Positions 24,172 through 36,036 of a stretch of 64,000 nt of DNA are shown here, piece by piece. The notes below the pieces were generated by a model. That model saw only the letters and a program-made list of their open reading frames with translations. It searched no databases and was not told the DNA's origin. Position numbers and translations under genes: made by a program. Within the stretch, counting starts at the first letter, position 1. Every line of letters starts with the position of its first letter. The DNA lies in assembly GCA_964035545.1 (NCBI GenBank), contig OZ037767.1, positions 1,871,680 through 1,935,679 on the forward strand, read 5' to 3'. The stretch is from Bugula neritina (Eukaryota; Animalia; Bryozoa).

Positions 24172-24959
24172 CACAGGCTTTCCATGTACCGATCTCAGAT
24201 CGATCTCAGCGAGATCTATCTGAGCAATGTGCTCAGATCGATCATTTTTCCATGAGAGTGTCAGATCGATCTCTCGGATTGCCTCCTCTTAGGTGAAGAC
24301 TACTTTAATAGTATATTTTTTTCACCCACCTAAGTGATAAAAGCTACTGCTGTTGAAAAACAAAATTTTCATAGTCTAAAATTCAACATCAGCTATAAAC
24401 TCTGCGCAGTAAAGCTTTTAATATGAAGTAATTTGGCCAATTTAAGATAATTGATTTTAATATCTTAGCTTGACAGCTTATATAAAATTAATAGCTGTTG
24501 TGCAGTTTATTCATTAACTTACGGGACTATTGGGCCCAAGATTACGCAGCAATGAACTAATGAGAGTGCGTTATACTAGTCGTTTAAATTCAATTTAAAT
24601 GCTCTTACTTTTTGTATCTTCTACCGTCTATAATTTTACATAATTAAGTTTTTCTAATCATTTTACTAAAAGTCAAAGTTTTGTCACTTGAAAAAATGGC
24701 TATCTTAACTATTAAGTACTTTGCTTAGTAATTACCAATAAGTTATTATTTTCATTAGCAGACAACATTTTAGCGAGCAGTCATTTTTCTACTTATCGGA
24801 TTGATCTTTCGTCTTTCCATGGTCTTATTGCCTTGAGATCGATCTGAGTTCGAGCTCTACAGACCGACCAGCTCAGAACGACTGAGATCGATCTTTGACG
24901 TCTTTCCATGGATCGATCTCCCTGAGATCGATCTGAGATCGGTACATGGAAAGCCGGTG
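24172..24959 (-). mobile_element. Second copy (inverted) of the CAC...GTG non-autonomous transposon, upstream of the KLC ATG exon
   Basis: ~48 bp TIRs cac(a/c)ggctttccatgtaccgatctcagatcgatctcag, AAT TSD both sides, interior is the reverse complement of 6052-6811. Confidence 0.88.
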
Positions 24960-25239
24960 AATATGAAGGATATGGACACAAATCAATGAATGCCCCAAAC
25001 ATAAATATTAGAACAACCTTGACAAAGATACATACATAGAGAATCTGGACATAGAATGTTAACTCATCAGGCTGCGGCAGTAATGAGCTCTACAAATAAA
25101 AAATAAACAGCAATGGTGCAGGTATTGTATAAATTCCTCAGAATCAATAAAACTCATAAACTACATAAACATTTATTAAGTAAATCGACACTCAACAGAT
25201 TAAATAAAAAGTAAATAAAATAACACACACCGAAAATAT

Positions 25240-26620
25240 ACCTTTACAGGATTTAAGTAGGGCTATAGGAGTTCTTCACATGGCAATCCTTCTACTTTTA
25301 AAGGCAATAACTATAAGTTGTAATAAATTTATGAATTATAAACATTTGGTATTCAAACATTGTAATAACAGCTAAAGCTGAAGAATTGCAACAAATAATA
25401 ACATATATAATATCAAGAAAACAACATTAAAATTACACTTACTCTTAAGTCTTGGGAATTAGCCATTACTAATTAGTAATTAGTCATTATAGTTACTCAG
25501 TCTCATTGGCAATCAGAATGAGTATGACATTATACTTGGTGATTAGTTATTTATACTTATACTTATAGATATACTTATAAATCTATGGTTTATTAAATTT
25601 AATACTAATAGTTATATAATTATAACATTAACTCATAGTCATAAGTATAATAACAATTACCATATCTATTTTGATCTTTATATTGCAAATACAGTATTAA
25701 ATTTACTAGTTATGCAATTTAATTAATATTTATATAATAATTATTTATTATAATAAAAATAATATGATGATTGATGAATATCAATATGATGATAAACTTA
25801 AAGTCAAAGTGAAAGTGATTAACATTAACAATAATTATAATTATAAATATTAAAATTAATATTAAATACAATAGAAATAATGCGCATAATAACAAAACAA
25901 TCACTTACACGCATAACTAATTATATTAGTTATTAACTACCTAATCCCTTAATAGTGATACTGATAACAGACGCGGGTAAACCCAAAATCACACAACGCA
26001 TGCAGTCAATAGTAATGCATCGTGATCGTGATTGTATGTTTCTAAACAGAGTTTGATATTTGTTGTCTAAACCGGAAAAAGATAAATTCATAGGCTGGCT
26101 AAAAGGGTAAACCTGGTTTTGCTACTTTTGCTCAACTTGAATAACATTTTTGTTTAAAATACAATGAATGAATATAAATAATAATAATAATTGAAAATAT
26201 TTGTTTTGTAATTTTTGTTTCAATAAAAACATTTATATAAGTTTGACAATTAGGTTTATTTTCTTGCATATTTCCTTTAAGCCATATGGTGAAACTGCTA
26301 CGAGTTGTGTTGAGTTGTCATTCTGGTAAACCCTCACGTTCACAGTACTTTGTATCACTAGCTGACAGAAGCTCTTAAAAATTGGTATGGCTATAAAATA
26401 CTGGTTATATTTTTTATGTTTATGGGAAATGTACTTCTTGAGAGCATTTTTAATAGTATTAGTAATCAGTATCGAAATGCGCGAAAGGCTGTGGCGAGTT
26501 GCGTAGACTGCGGCTGTTGACTCGAAAGTCGATTGCATTTCAATTCGTAATAATCATGATCATCGCAACCACTGCATCAGTATCGTTATCAGCCTCAGGG
26601 TAGTACTTGTAGTAGTAAGC
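25240..26620. promoter_or_regulatory. Putative divergent promoter region between KLC and eIF5
   Basis: Head-to-head orientation, CpG-containing patches at ~25970-26030 and ~26470-26590 (including GCGCGAAA, E2F-like), and candidate 5'UTR donors on both strands. Confidence 0.4.
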
Positions 26621-28742
26621 ATAATTATACTCATAGTATGAGTCATAGTAATGCTGCTGCTACTACTACAATAATAGATATGGTAATCACATTCAGTTTT
26701 ACCGATTTAGTAATTTCCTCCATCACAATCACAATGACAATACTTCAACTTCCAGTTGAAATTCTATAACACTAGCACTAAACAGTAGCTTGCGTAGTGC
26801 CTGAACCGTTAGCAAGTTCAATTGAAATACAATATGAATCCCTTTAACTTGGCTCTATTTTATTTCTGTGACTAATTTGAGATTGATCATTGAATACTAA
26901 ATTAAGTACTGTAATAGAGCTTTAGTTTTACTTTACTCGGAAATATTTGATTAACTCATCACTACTTCATGATCACTTACTTTTAGCTGCCTGTTGCTTG
27001 AAATTTGTGAAAATAGTAACTGCAAGTACAACTACAAGTTGAAGCCACTCAAAAGCTTAGGCCTATTTAAATAAATCTAGTTTATAGCAGTTATATTGTC
27101 ACTCTTAATTATTGGAGTGAAACAACTTTAAACTGCCATGTTATGATTATATCTCAATGTATTTGCAGCTCAAGTCTATTGCAATCTTGTATTTTGCAAT
27201 AAATTGAGTAATGCAGAAACAAGTCCTAAATTATGATAATCTAGTGAAACTAAAATTTCCTCTTTGTCATAAATTTTATTACTTCACTTTATTCAGATTT
27301 TAAGCTTCCCGGTAATACTCAATGCTGTGGCGCTAACACAAATAGTTATGATTGTGCACTCACGGGATAACTTACAAATTATTAATAAAGGTGCTGTTGG
27401 CTGTACATGGACTCTAAGCTTTCAACTGATTTGGAAGATCATTTAAGTAATTCTGTTTGGTATAAATCTACATCTAGCATAGGCTTGCTTGGCTTAAGGG
27501 TAGCTCAAACATGCTGAGAAAAAATGAATAAAAAAATGGAAAAGCAGAAATGAAATTTGCTTGAATGCAACCAATATGTTATGTTGGCTGAACTTTTGAT
27601 AGCATAAAGTCAGAAATTTTACTGTGGCGAGTTTTGTTGGAATATCCTGATTAAATGTTCTCATCCCATTTGTGTATGAATGTAAATGGAACATCACCAT
27701 TTTGTGAGCATAGTTGGTGAGGACTGATAAAGTGTGCAAACAAAGTCACTTCTTAAGAGCATGGGCTCGCACCTGGTCTGTTTCACTTGAAAACCTACAC
27801 TGTCTATTTACAGGACACTGAAACAGCCATATTTTCAACATGGCTACATTTCTAGTCTATATGCAGCAAAATAACAAATGATCTAATTAGGGTTAGACTA
27901 GTAATGCTTGTGTTTTATAAATTCTTGTAGTATCCCAGGTGAATACAGCTGGACAGTTTTTAGCAACCAGAACAATAATTAGTATAAGTAATCTGTATTT
28001 AAGTTTAATTTTAATTTCAAAACTGAATTCAACATATTATGTTATTCAACAACGGGCACCTGCAAGTAATAATCTGCTCCCTTTACAACCTCGTATTAGA
28101 CTGTGTAATACCATTTAATGATGGTGATTATACCTCACCAATATCCCGTTATAAGCTAGCTTAGCTGAGAGGTTTCAGTACTAGTTCTCAACACCCCCTC
28201 CCTCCCTCCCTGTTGTCCCAGCCGAATGTGCAGTGGCTTGTAATTCCATGTTCTATTCATATTTCTGGTCAAGTTCAACTAATGATAATAATTGTTACTG
28301 TTTGTGTTTGTATTTGTGAATTTAAACTTTTGTGTTTACTAACTTGTTCAATAGCTGGTCACATGATAGATTGAAAGCCACTTCAAGAGTGTAATAAATG
28401 TTGTTCTCTATATTATTGTTTCATGTGTTAAGAGTTTGTCACTGTATCTTCAGTTGTGAGTGGTTGCCTGTTGCCAGCCGCTGTTGAAAGTTTGAAGAAG
28501 AATCACAAGATATTCGGGTTTTCTATCACCTTGAACAAGCGGACAGCTTTTGTATGATTGTCCACCATTGTAAACGTGAGTAGCTTACATTCAACCTATC
28601 AAAGTCATTTACTAGGTTATAAAAGAAATTGAGACTTGTCTGTTGGGTGGCTTTGCTTATGGACGTTTTCTCTCTTTCAGACTTGCACAACCCCAGCTGC
28701 TTTTCATCGAGGAAGCGGAAGTTGCCAACGTCAGCCATTTTT

Positions 28743-28922
28743 ATGAATTTACTAGTAAACAAACAGCCGTCAAGATTCCGGTCACAGTCCAGTCAAGCTA
28801 GTATACACAGAAATAAGTTGTTCTTGAAACGTCAGAGACATAAAACCTCATCATGGCTCTCATTAATGTCAACCGAAGCAACCCAGATGTGTTCTATAGA
28901 TACAAGATGCCCAAACTTATAG
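28743..28922 (+). promoter_or_regulatory. Out-of-frame uORF overlapping the eIF5 start, uAUG in poor context
   Basis: ccattttt-ATG-a (-3 T, +4 A) lies in the exon starting after the acceptor at 28680. It stays open to TAG at 28920-28922, past the main ATG (atc-ATG-g, strong context). Confidence 0.8.
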
Positions 28923-31900
28923 CCAAGGTGAGTTTATGTGCTTCTTTACCTGTACTTTCTCTCCTACATCCACTCCCTCGTCTCCCCCTCCTACATCCAC
29001 TCCCTAACTGCCCCTCTTACATCCATCTTATCTAATTCTTTATTCCTACTAACCCCCCCCTCTCTCCCTCTCTCTCGTACAGCCAGATGACACAGCAAAA
29101 TATCTCCTTCACACAAATACTACCCTTCAGCTCCTGTAGCCAACAGACACACTCCTCTACCTCATCCTAACGCAATCTATCAACAGGTACTTGACAGGTA
29201 CCGTCTTCCACCTCCTACCTGGAGAGGATCCTGTGGATGCGTCTTGGCAGCCAGCCAGCTCTGTCGTATCACTCTTATCAGTGACTGACAGTGTACTATA
29301 TACTGTCAGTCATACTATCAGTGACTGACAGTGTACTATATACTGTCAGTCATACTACCAGTGACTGACAGTGTACTATGTACTGTTGGAGTACAGCTAG
29401 TGAAAAGTATTGAGGATTTCTTGACTTTATGCTGGTTTGTTATTCACAGGTTGAAGGCAAGGGGAATGGAATCAAGACTGTAATCTGTAACATGTCTGAC
29501 ATTGGGAAGGCTCTGTACCGGCCCGCTACTTGTGAGTTGTCTTCTATCACTACTACATCACACTACTACATCACACTACTACATCACACTACTACACCAC
29601 ACTACTACACCACACTACTACACCACACTACTACACCTCACTACTACACCACACTACTACATCACACTACTACATCACACTACTACACCACACTACTACA
29701 TCACACTACTACATCACACTACTACATCACACTACTACAAAGTGTACACTACTACATCACACTATTACATCACACTACTACATCACACTACTACATCACA
29801 CTACTACAGTGTACACTACTACAGTGTACACTACTACATCACACTACTACAGTGTACACTACTACAGTGTGTACTACTACATCTTATTGCGCAGATCCCA
29901 CGAAGTACTTTGGCTGTGAGCTCGGTGCCCAGACCCAGTTTGACCTGAAGAGAGACCGGTACATCGTCAACGGGTCCCACGAGGCAGAGAAGCTGCAGGA
30001 GCTGCTCGACGGGTTCATCAAGAGATTCGTGCTCTGCCCGGAGTGCGACAATCCCGAGACTATCTTCTCCGTTCACAACAAGTCTCAGACTATCGGACAG
30101 TCGTGTCGCGCCTGTGGCTACTCGGGTATGTCTAGTGTTATTATATGTACATAATATAGTGCAGAGTGTAGAGTATATACAGTACAGAGTGTATAGTATA
30201 TATAATACAGAGTATAGAGTATATACAGTACAGAGTGTAGAGTATATATAATACAGTGTATAGAGTATATACAGTACAGAGTGTATAGTATATATAATAC
30301 AGAGTATAGAGTATATATAATACAGAGTATAGAGTATATATAATACAGAGTATAGAGTATATATAATACAGAGTGTATAGTATATATAATACAGAGTGTA
30401 GAGTATATACAGTACAGAGTATAGAGTATATATAATACAGAGTATAGAGTATATATAATACAGAGTGTAGAGTATATACAGTATAGAGTATATATAATAC
30501 AGAGTGTAGAGTATATACAGTACAGAGTGTAGAGTATATATAATACAGAGTATAGAGTATATAATACAGAGTATAGAGTATGTATAATACAGAGTATAGA
30601 GTATATATAATACAGAGTGTAGAGTATATATAATACAGAGTATATATAATACATAGTATAGAGTATATACAGTACAGAGTGTATAGTATATATAATACAG
30701 AGTATAGAATATATATAATACAGAGTATAGAATATATATAATACAGAGTATAGAGTATATATAATACAGAGTGTAGAGTATATATAATACAGAGTGTAGA
30801 GTATATATAATACAGAGTATAGAGTATATATAATACAGAGTGTAGAGTATATATAATACAGAGTATATATAATACATAGTATAGAGTATATACAGTACAG
30901 AGTGTATAGTATATATAATACAGAGTATAGAATATATATAATACAGAGTATAGAATATATATAATACAGAGTACAGAGTATATATAATACAGAGTGTAGA
31001 ATATATAATGAATAGCAGCACATCTCTGCAGAGCTAACACTTCTCAAATGAATGTAAACATTTTACTGACAGCAACATTCCACAATGTCAGATGTGTGTC
31101 AGCAAGCATGACCTAGGCTGACCGACACACATAAACATATCATCTAAGCATGGACTAGGAGATATGTTGGCTTCTCTACTGTAGCTGTTTGCTGTGTTGT
31201 GCTGCTCCCTCTGATGTTACTAGTGTGAGTTGGTGTTTGCTTGCACTCTGTATTGTATGGAGCAGGTAAGCTGGACATGAGGCATAAGCTGACTACGTTC
31301 ATGCTGAGGAACCCTCCCAATGGGCCCCAAGAAGGTGGAGTAGAAAAGAAGGCTAAGAAAACGGAGAGTCAGGGAGGAGAGGATGAAGACAGCCCTGACG
31401 AGAATGGCACCAGCAACTCGGTGAGTCAGGTTGTGTCACACTACGTCTAGCTCTCTGTCACATCACCTTTAGCTCTCTGTCACACCACATCTAGCTCTCT
31501 GTCACATCACCTCTAGCTCTCTGTCACACCACATCTAGCTCTCTGTCGCATCACCTCTAGCTCTCTGTCACACTACGTCTAGCTCTGTCGCATCACCTCT
31601 AGCTCTCTGTCACACTACGTCTAGCTCTGTCGCATCACCTCTAGCTCTCTGTCACACTACGTCTAGCTCTCTGTCGCATCACCTCTAGCTCTCTGTCACA
31701 CTACGTCTAGCTGTCACACTACATTCTGCTGCCGAAGTAAGCCCATCATCCATGCAGCCGAACAGAAGTGGCGGAATGTGTGATTTAGAGTTTGACTTAT
31801 TGCATGCCTAGTAACTCCCTCATCAATAATCAATGTTGATAGACTGACATGAAGCTATTGTTTGCTCTGAGGCACACACTGCATTGATTGATTAATCAGT

Positions 31901-34900
31901 GAATCCGTAGATATCTGCACTTCTCACGTCTCTGTGTATAGATATACTGTAGTGTGTTCCACTCCTCCCGTCACGTAGCAGCTTCAATATTCTAGTCCTT
32001 CTGACCGTCTCGCTCAACTCACTTGACTCTCTTGTTAATTCAAGTTGTGAAATTATTTTTCATCTATTTACTGTCTCCATTCAACTGTAAGAGGTCAATT
32101 TACACCCTTATATGGACGGCAATCTATCACTTTGCTCTGTTGCTCAATCAGTTGTCATATTCACCTCCTCAGATGCAATGTTGTTGTGTAACCTGGTGTC
32201 ACGTGCCATATACTCTTACAACACGACATTCCCGTCATAGTTTAGCCTCTGAGTTACTCTCTGTGTGTGTAGACTGAGAACCAGCAAGCCGACACCAACA
32301 ATGGCAAGATTGAGTCGCAGGCTTATAATGACGACGAAGTGGACTGGGGAGAGGACACAAGCGAAGAGGCTCAGCACAAAAGGATGTTGGAGTTGTCCTC
32401 CGCTGCCGCTGGTCTGGCTGTCACCGCTGACTTGGAGAAGACTCCGCAGGAGAGGGCTGACCTCTTCTTCCAGTTTGTCAAGGTGGGAGCAACTCCTCGT
32501 TACTATCTGCGTTCTCTTTGCTTATCAGTGCTGTGCCAGACTGAAGCAGTCTGTGTTCCTGTCTGTAGACTAAGAAAGCCGAGAGCGGGGACGGTAAGCT
32601 GGCTCCCTCCTACAGAGCCATAGTGACTGAGGCTGACAGACTGGAGATGAAAGACAAAGCTGTGCTCATTCTGGCTGAACTGCTCCTGACTCCAGACATC
32701 CTCCGGGACCTCAAGGAGCACAGAAACCTCTTCCTTTTGGTCAGTATCACAGCGTAGAGTATACTGTATTACAGTGTAGAGTATACCGTATTACAGTGTA
32801 GAGTATACCGTATTACAGTGTAGAGTACACTGTATTACAGTGTATAGTATACTGTATTACAGTGTATAGTATACTGTATTACAGTGTAGAGTATACTGTA
32901 TTACAGCGTAGAGTATACCGTATTACAGTGTAGAGTATACTGTATTACAGTGTAGAGTATACCGTATTACAGTGTAGAGTATACCGTATTACAGTGTATA
33001 GTATACTGTATTACAGTGTATAGTATACTGTATTACAGTGTAGAGTATACTGTATTACAGCGTAGAGTATACCGTATTACAGTGTAGAGTATACTGTATT
33101 ACAGTGTAGAGTATACCGTATTACAGTGTAGAGTATACCGTATTACAGTGTAGAGTATACCGTATTACAGTGTAGAGTATACTGTATTACAGTGTATTAC
33201 AGTGTAGAGTATACTGTATTACAGTGTAGAGTATACTGTATTACAGTGTAGAGTATACTGTATTACAGTGTAGAGTATACCGTATTACAGTGTAGAGTAT
33301 ACCGTATTACAGTGTAGAGTATACCGTATTACAGTGTAGAGTATACCGTATTACAGTGTAGAGTATACCGTATTACAGTGTAGAGTATACCGTATTACAG
33401 TGTAGAGTATACCGTATTACAGTGTAGAGTATACTGTATTACAGTGTATTACAGTGTAGAGTATACTGTATTACAGTGTAGAGTATACTGTATTACAGTG
33501 TAGAGTATACTGTATTACAGTGTAGAGTATACCGTATTACAGTGTAGAGTATACCGTATTACAGTGTAGAGTATACTGTATTACAGTGTAGAGTATACCG
33601 TATTACAGTGCATAGTATACCGTATTACAGTGCATAGTATACCGTATTACAGTGTAGAGTATACCGTATTACAGTGTAGAGTATACTGTATTACAGTGTA
33701 TTACAGTGTAGAGTATACTGTATTACAGTGTAGAGTATACTGTATTACAGTGTATAGTATACTGTATTACAGTGTAGAGTATACTGTATTACAGTGTAGA
33801 GTATACTGTATTACAGTGTATAGTATACTGTATTACAGCTTAGAGTATACCGTATTACAGTGTAGAGTATACTGTATTACAGTGTAGACTGTAGAGTATA
33901 CCGTATTACAGTGTATAGTATACTGTATTACAGTGCATAGTATACTGTATTACAGTTCACAGTATACTGTATTACAGTGCATAGTATACTGTATTACAGT
34001 TCACTAATGGTAACGAGAAAGCCCAGAAGTACTTGCTGGGAGCCTTTGAGAAGCTGGTGGGCGTGGAATTCCACGATCAGCTGATCAATAAAACCGCCTC
34101 CATTCTCAAAGCCATGTACGACCTTGACCTGATTGATGAAGAGACATTCCTCGAGTGGAGCAAGAAGGTACATTATATATATACTCGTAGAAATGTTCCT
34201 TACAACTGTAGCAGACATTTTGCTGTAGCTGGTTAGAGCAACAACTTAATTTGTTGTCTCCCCCTCCCCCCCATTAAGTTGTCTCTCTCCCCCCCCCCAT
34301 TGAGTTGTCTCCTCCATTAAACTGCTGCTATGTGATGTCAGGTCATTCAGCTGTCCCACCTGTCGGTCTCAGTACACTGTATGACTCTGATCAACAGAGC
34401 ACACAGCGACTCAACTCTACATCTCGGTGTTGTTTATGCAGGTGAGCAAGAGGTATGTCAACAAGGAGATTGGCCAGGAGATACACAGCAAGGCGGAGCC
34501 TTTCATAAAATGGCTGAAGGAAGCCGAAGAGGAAGAGAGTGATGAAGAGGACAGCGAGGAGGAAACTGTAGAGGTCAGTTATACTGTCCTCTCTGTGCTT
34601 ATCATTGTACTGTCCTGGAGTACTGTGTAATATCACCTATACTCTGTCTCTGTGTACTGTCCTGGAGTACTGTGTAATATCACCTTCTATACTCTGTCTC
34701 TGTGTACTGTCATGGAGTACTGTGTAATATCACCTTCTATACTCTGTCTCTGTGTACTGTCATGGAGTACTGTGTAATATCACCTTCTATACTCTGTCTC
34801 TGTGTACTGTCATGGAGTATTGTGTAATATCACCTTCTATACTCTGTCTCTGTGTACTGTCATGGAGTACTGTGTAATATCACCTTCTATACTCTGTCTC

Positions 34901-35178
34901 TGTGTACTGTCATGGAGTACTGTGTAATATCACCTTCTATACTCTGTCTCTGTGTACTGTCATGGAGTACTGTGTAATATCACCTTCTATACTCTGTCTC
35001 TGTGTACTGTCATGGAGTACTGTGTAATATCACCTTCTATACTCTGTCTCTGTTTCAGGTTGCTTTTACTCACGCCGAGAAAGTTGGTCTGCAAGACACG
35101 AAACCGACCAGCAACGGCACTGCTGCCACTGCTGCCGTCGAGGAAGACGATGATGAAATTAATCTTGATGACATTTAA
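28853..35178 (+). CDS. EIF5: Eukaryotic translation initiation factor 5. Exons 28853-28927, 29450-29531, 29895-30125, 31266-31420, 32273-32482, 32569-32739, 34000-34167, 34442-34573, 35059-35178
   Basis: [56 protein letters not shown]...CRACG zinc finger, W2 boxes ([29 protein letters not shown]), terminal DEINLDDI*. Confidence 0.98.
29277..29390. repeat. 40 bp unit x3, each a hairpin (TGACTGACAGT-gtactatat-ACTGTCAGTCA)
   Basis: Direct reading; 11 bp perfect inverted arms in the first two copies. Confidence 0.85.
29547..29882. repeat. 11 bp CACTACTACA(T/C) minisatellite filling eIF5 intron 2
   Basis: Direct reading; the intron is 29532-29894. Confidence 0.95.
30160..31008. repeat. ~23 bp GTATAGAGTATATATAATACAGA minisatellite, eIF5 intron 3
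   Basis: Direct reading. Confidence 0.95.
31434..31725. repeat. ~22 bp CTAGCTCTCTGTCACACCACAT minisatellite just after the eIF5 intron 4 donor
   Basis: Direct reading. Confidence 0.93.
32743..33999. repeat. 22 bp AGTATAC(T/C)GTATTACAGTGTAG minisatellite forming essentially all of eIF5 intron 6
   Basis: Direct reading; the final unit supplies the acceptor TTACAG. Confidence 0.96.
34606..35053. repeat. 50 bp minisatellite x~9 filling the last eIF5 intron
   Basis: caccttctat recurs at 34681, 34731, 34781 and onward to 35031. Confidence 0.96.
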
Positions 35179-36036
35179 TATTGTGTTAGCCTCATAGCTT
35201 CTCCTATACCTATACTATTGCCTGTGTGTGTACTCTTCTTTTGTGTTCAGTTCAAACTATTCCTTAAAGCTTGTCACCCCCTTTATTAAATGTAATTTCT
35301 ACAATAAATATGTAATAATCCTTGAATAATAAAGATGTATTCACTACATTCTGTTGATGTAACTTACTAGGAATGTTTTGGCTTGCTAAGCTTTATGTTG
35401 GTGGTTGCATTATTATGTTATCAAACACTTTATTGATTACTATACTAATGATTTCATATGATTGTTTGAAATATTACTAAATAAAACTAACCTTCTTGAT
35501 TTCTGAACAGTCTCTGATAACCTGAATGGTGGGACTAGTTACCTGATACTTATGTGACAGGAGAAACCAGATTATAGCATATTATGGCCTCCTTTACTTT
35601 CATTTACCCTATTTACTAAATTAATTTCAAATCCTTCTGCACAGTGTGTACTCTGTAAACAGCATGCTCTACATCCAAAACCAATTCCTTTGGTTTTAAT
35701 ATAGTGAGTAGGGTTTGGGCCTTACTACAAGTAAGAATTGCCCTGTATTTGTGGGGGCGAGTGGGCTCAAAAAATAGCAACATCTAATATTGGTGAGTTA
35801 AATTCACCCACCTACAGGTGATGGATTATTTGCTAAAAACCTGTTGGACAATTTGCTTATGAGCCATTCTAAATGATATGCACAATATCGTTTTTATGAA
35901 AATAACTGTGAAGCAATTAATAGGCCTTCTAAATCTGAGCAAGTACTGCAAGTTGTTACATTATTCAGTGCAATCTATTGTTGTGAATGCCTTTAAACAT
36001 AACGTCTATAAAATACCCTATAGAAATAAATCTTAA

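Noticed and set aside
29834-31047. Three long minus-strand ORFs (299-395 aa, Y/I/L/S/T-rich)
   Set aside because: Stop-free translations of the intron 3 minisatellite, antisense to eIF5.
34606-35053. CRISPR-like regular arrays (also 20022-20420 and 49255-49522)
   Set aside because: Head-to-tail repeats without unique spacers, no cas genes, eukaryotic intronic context.
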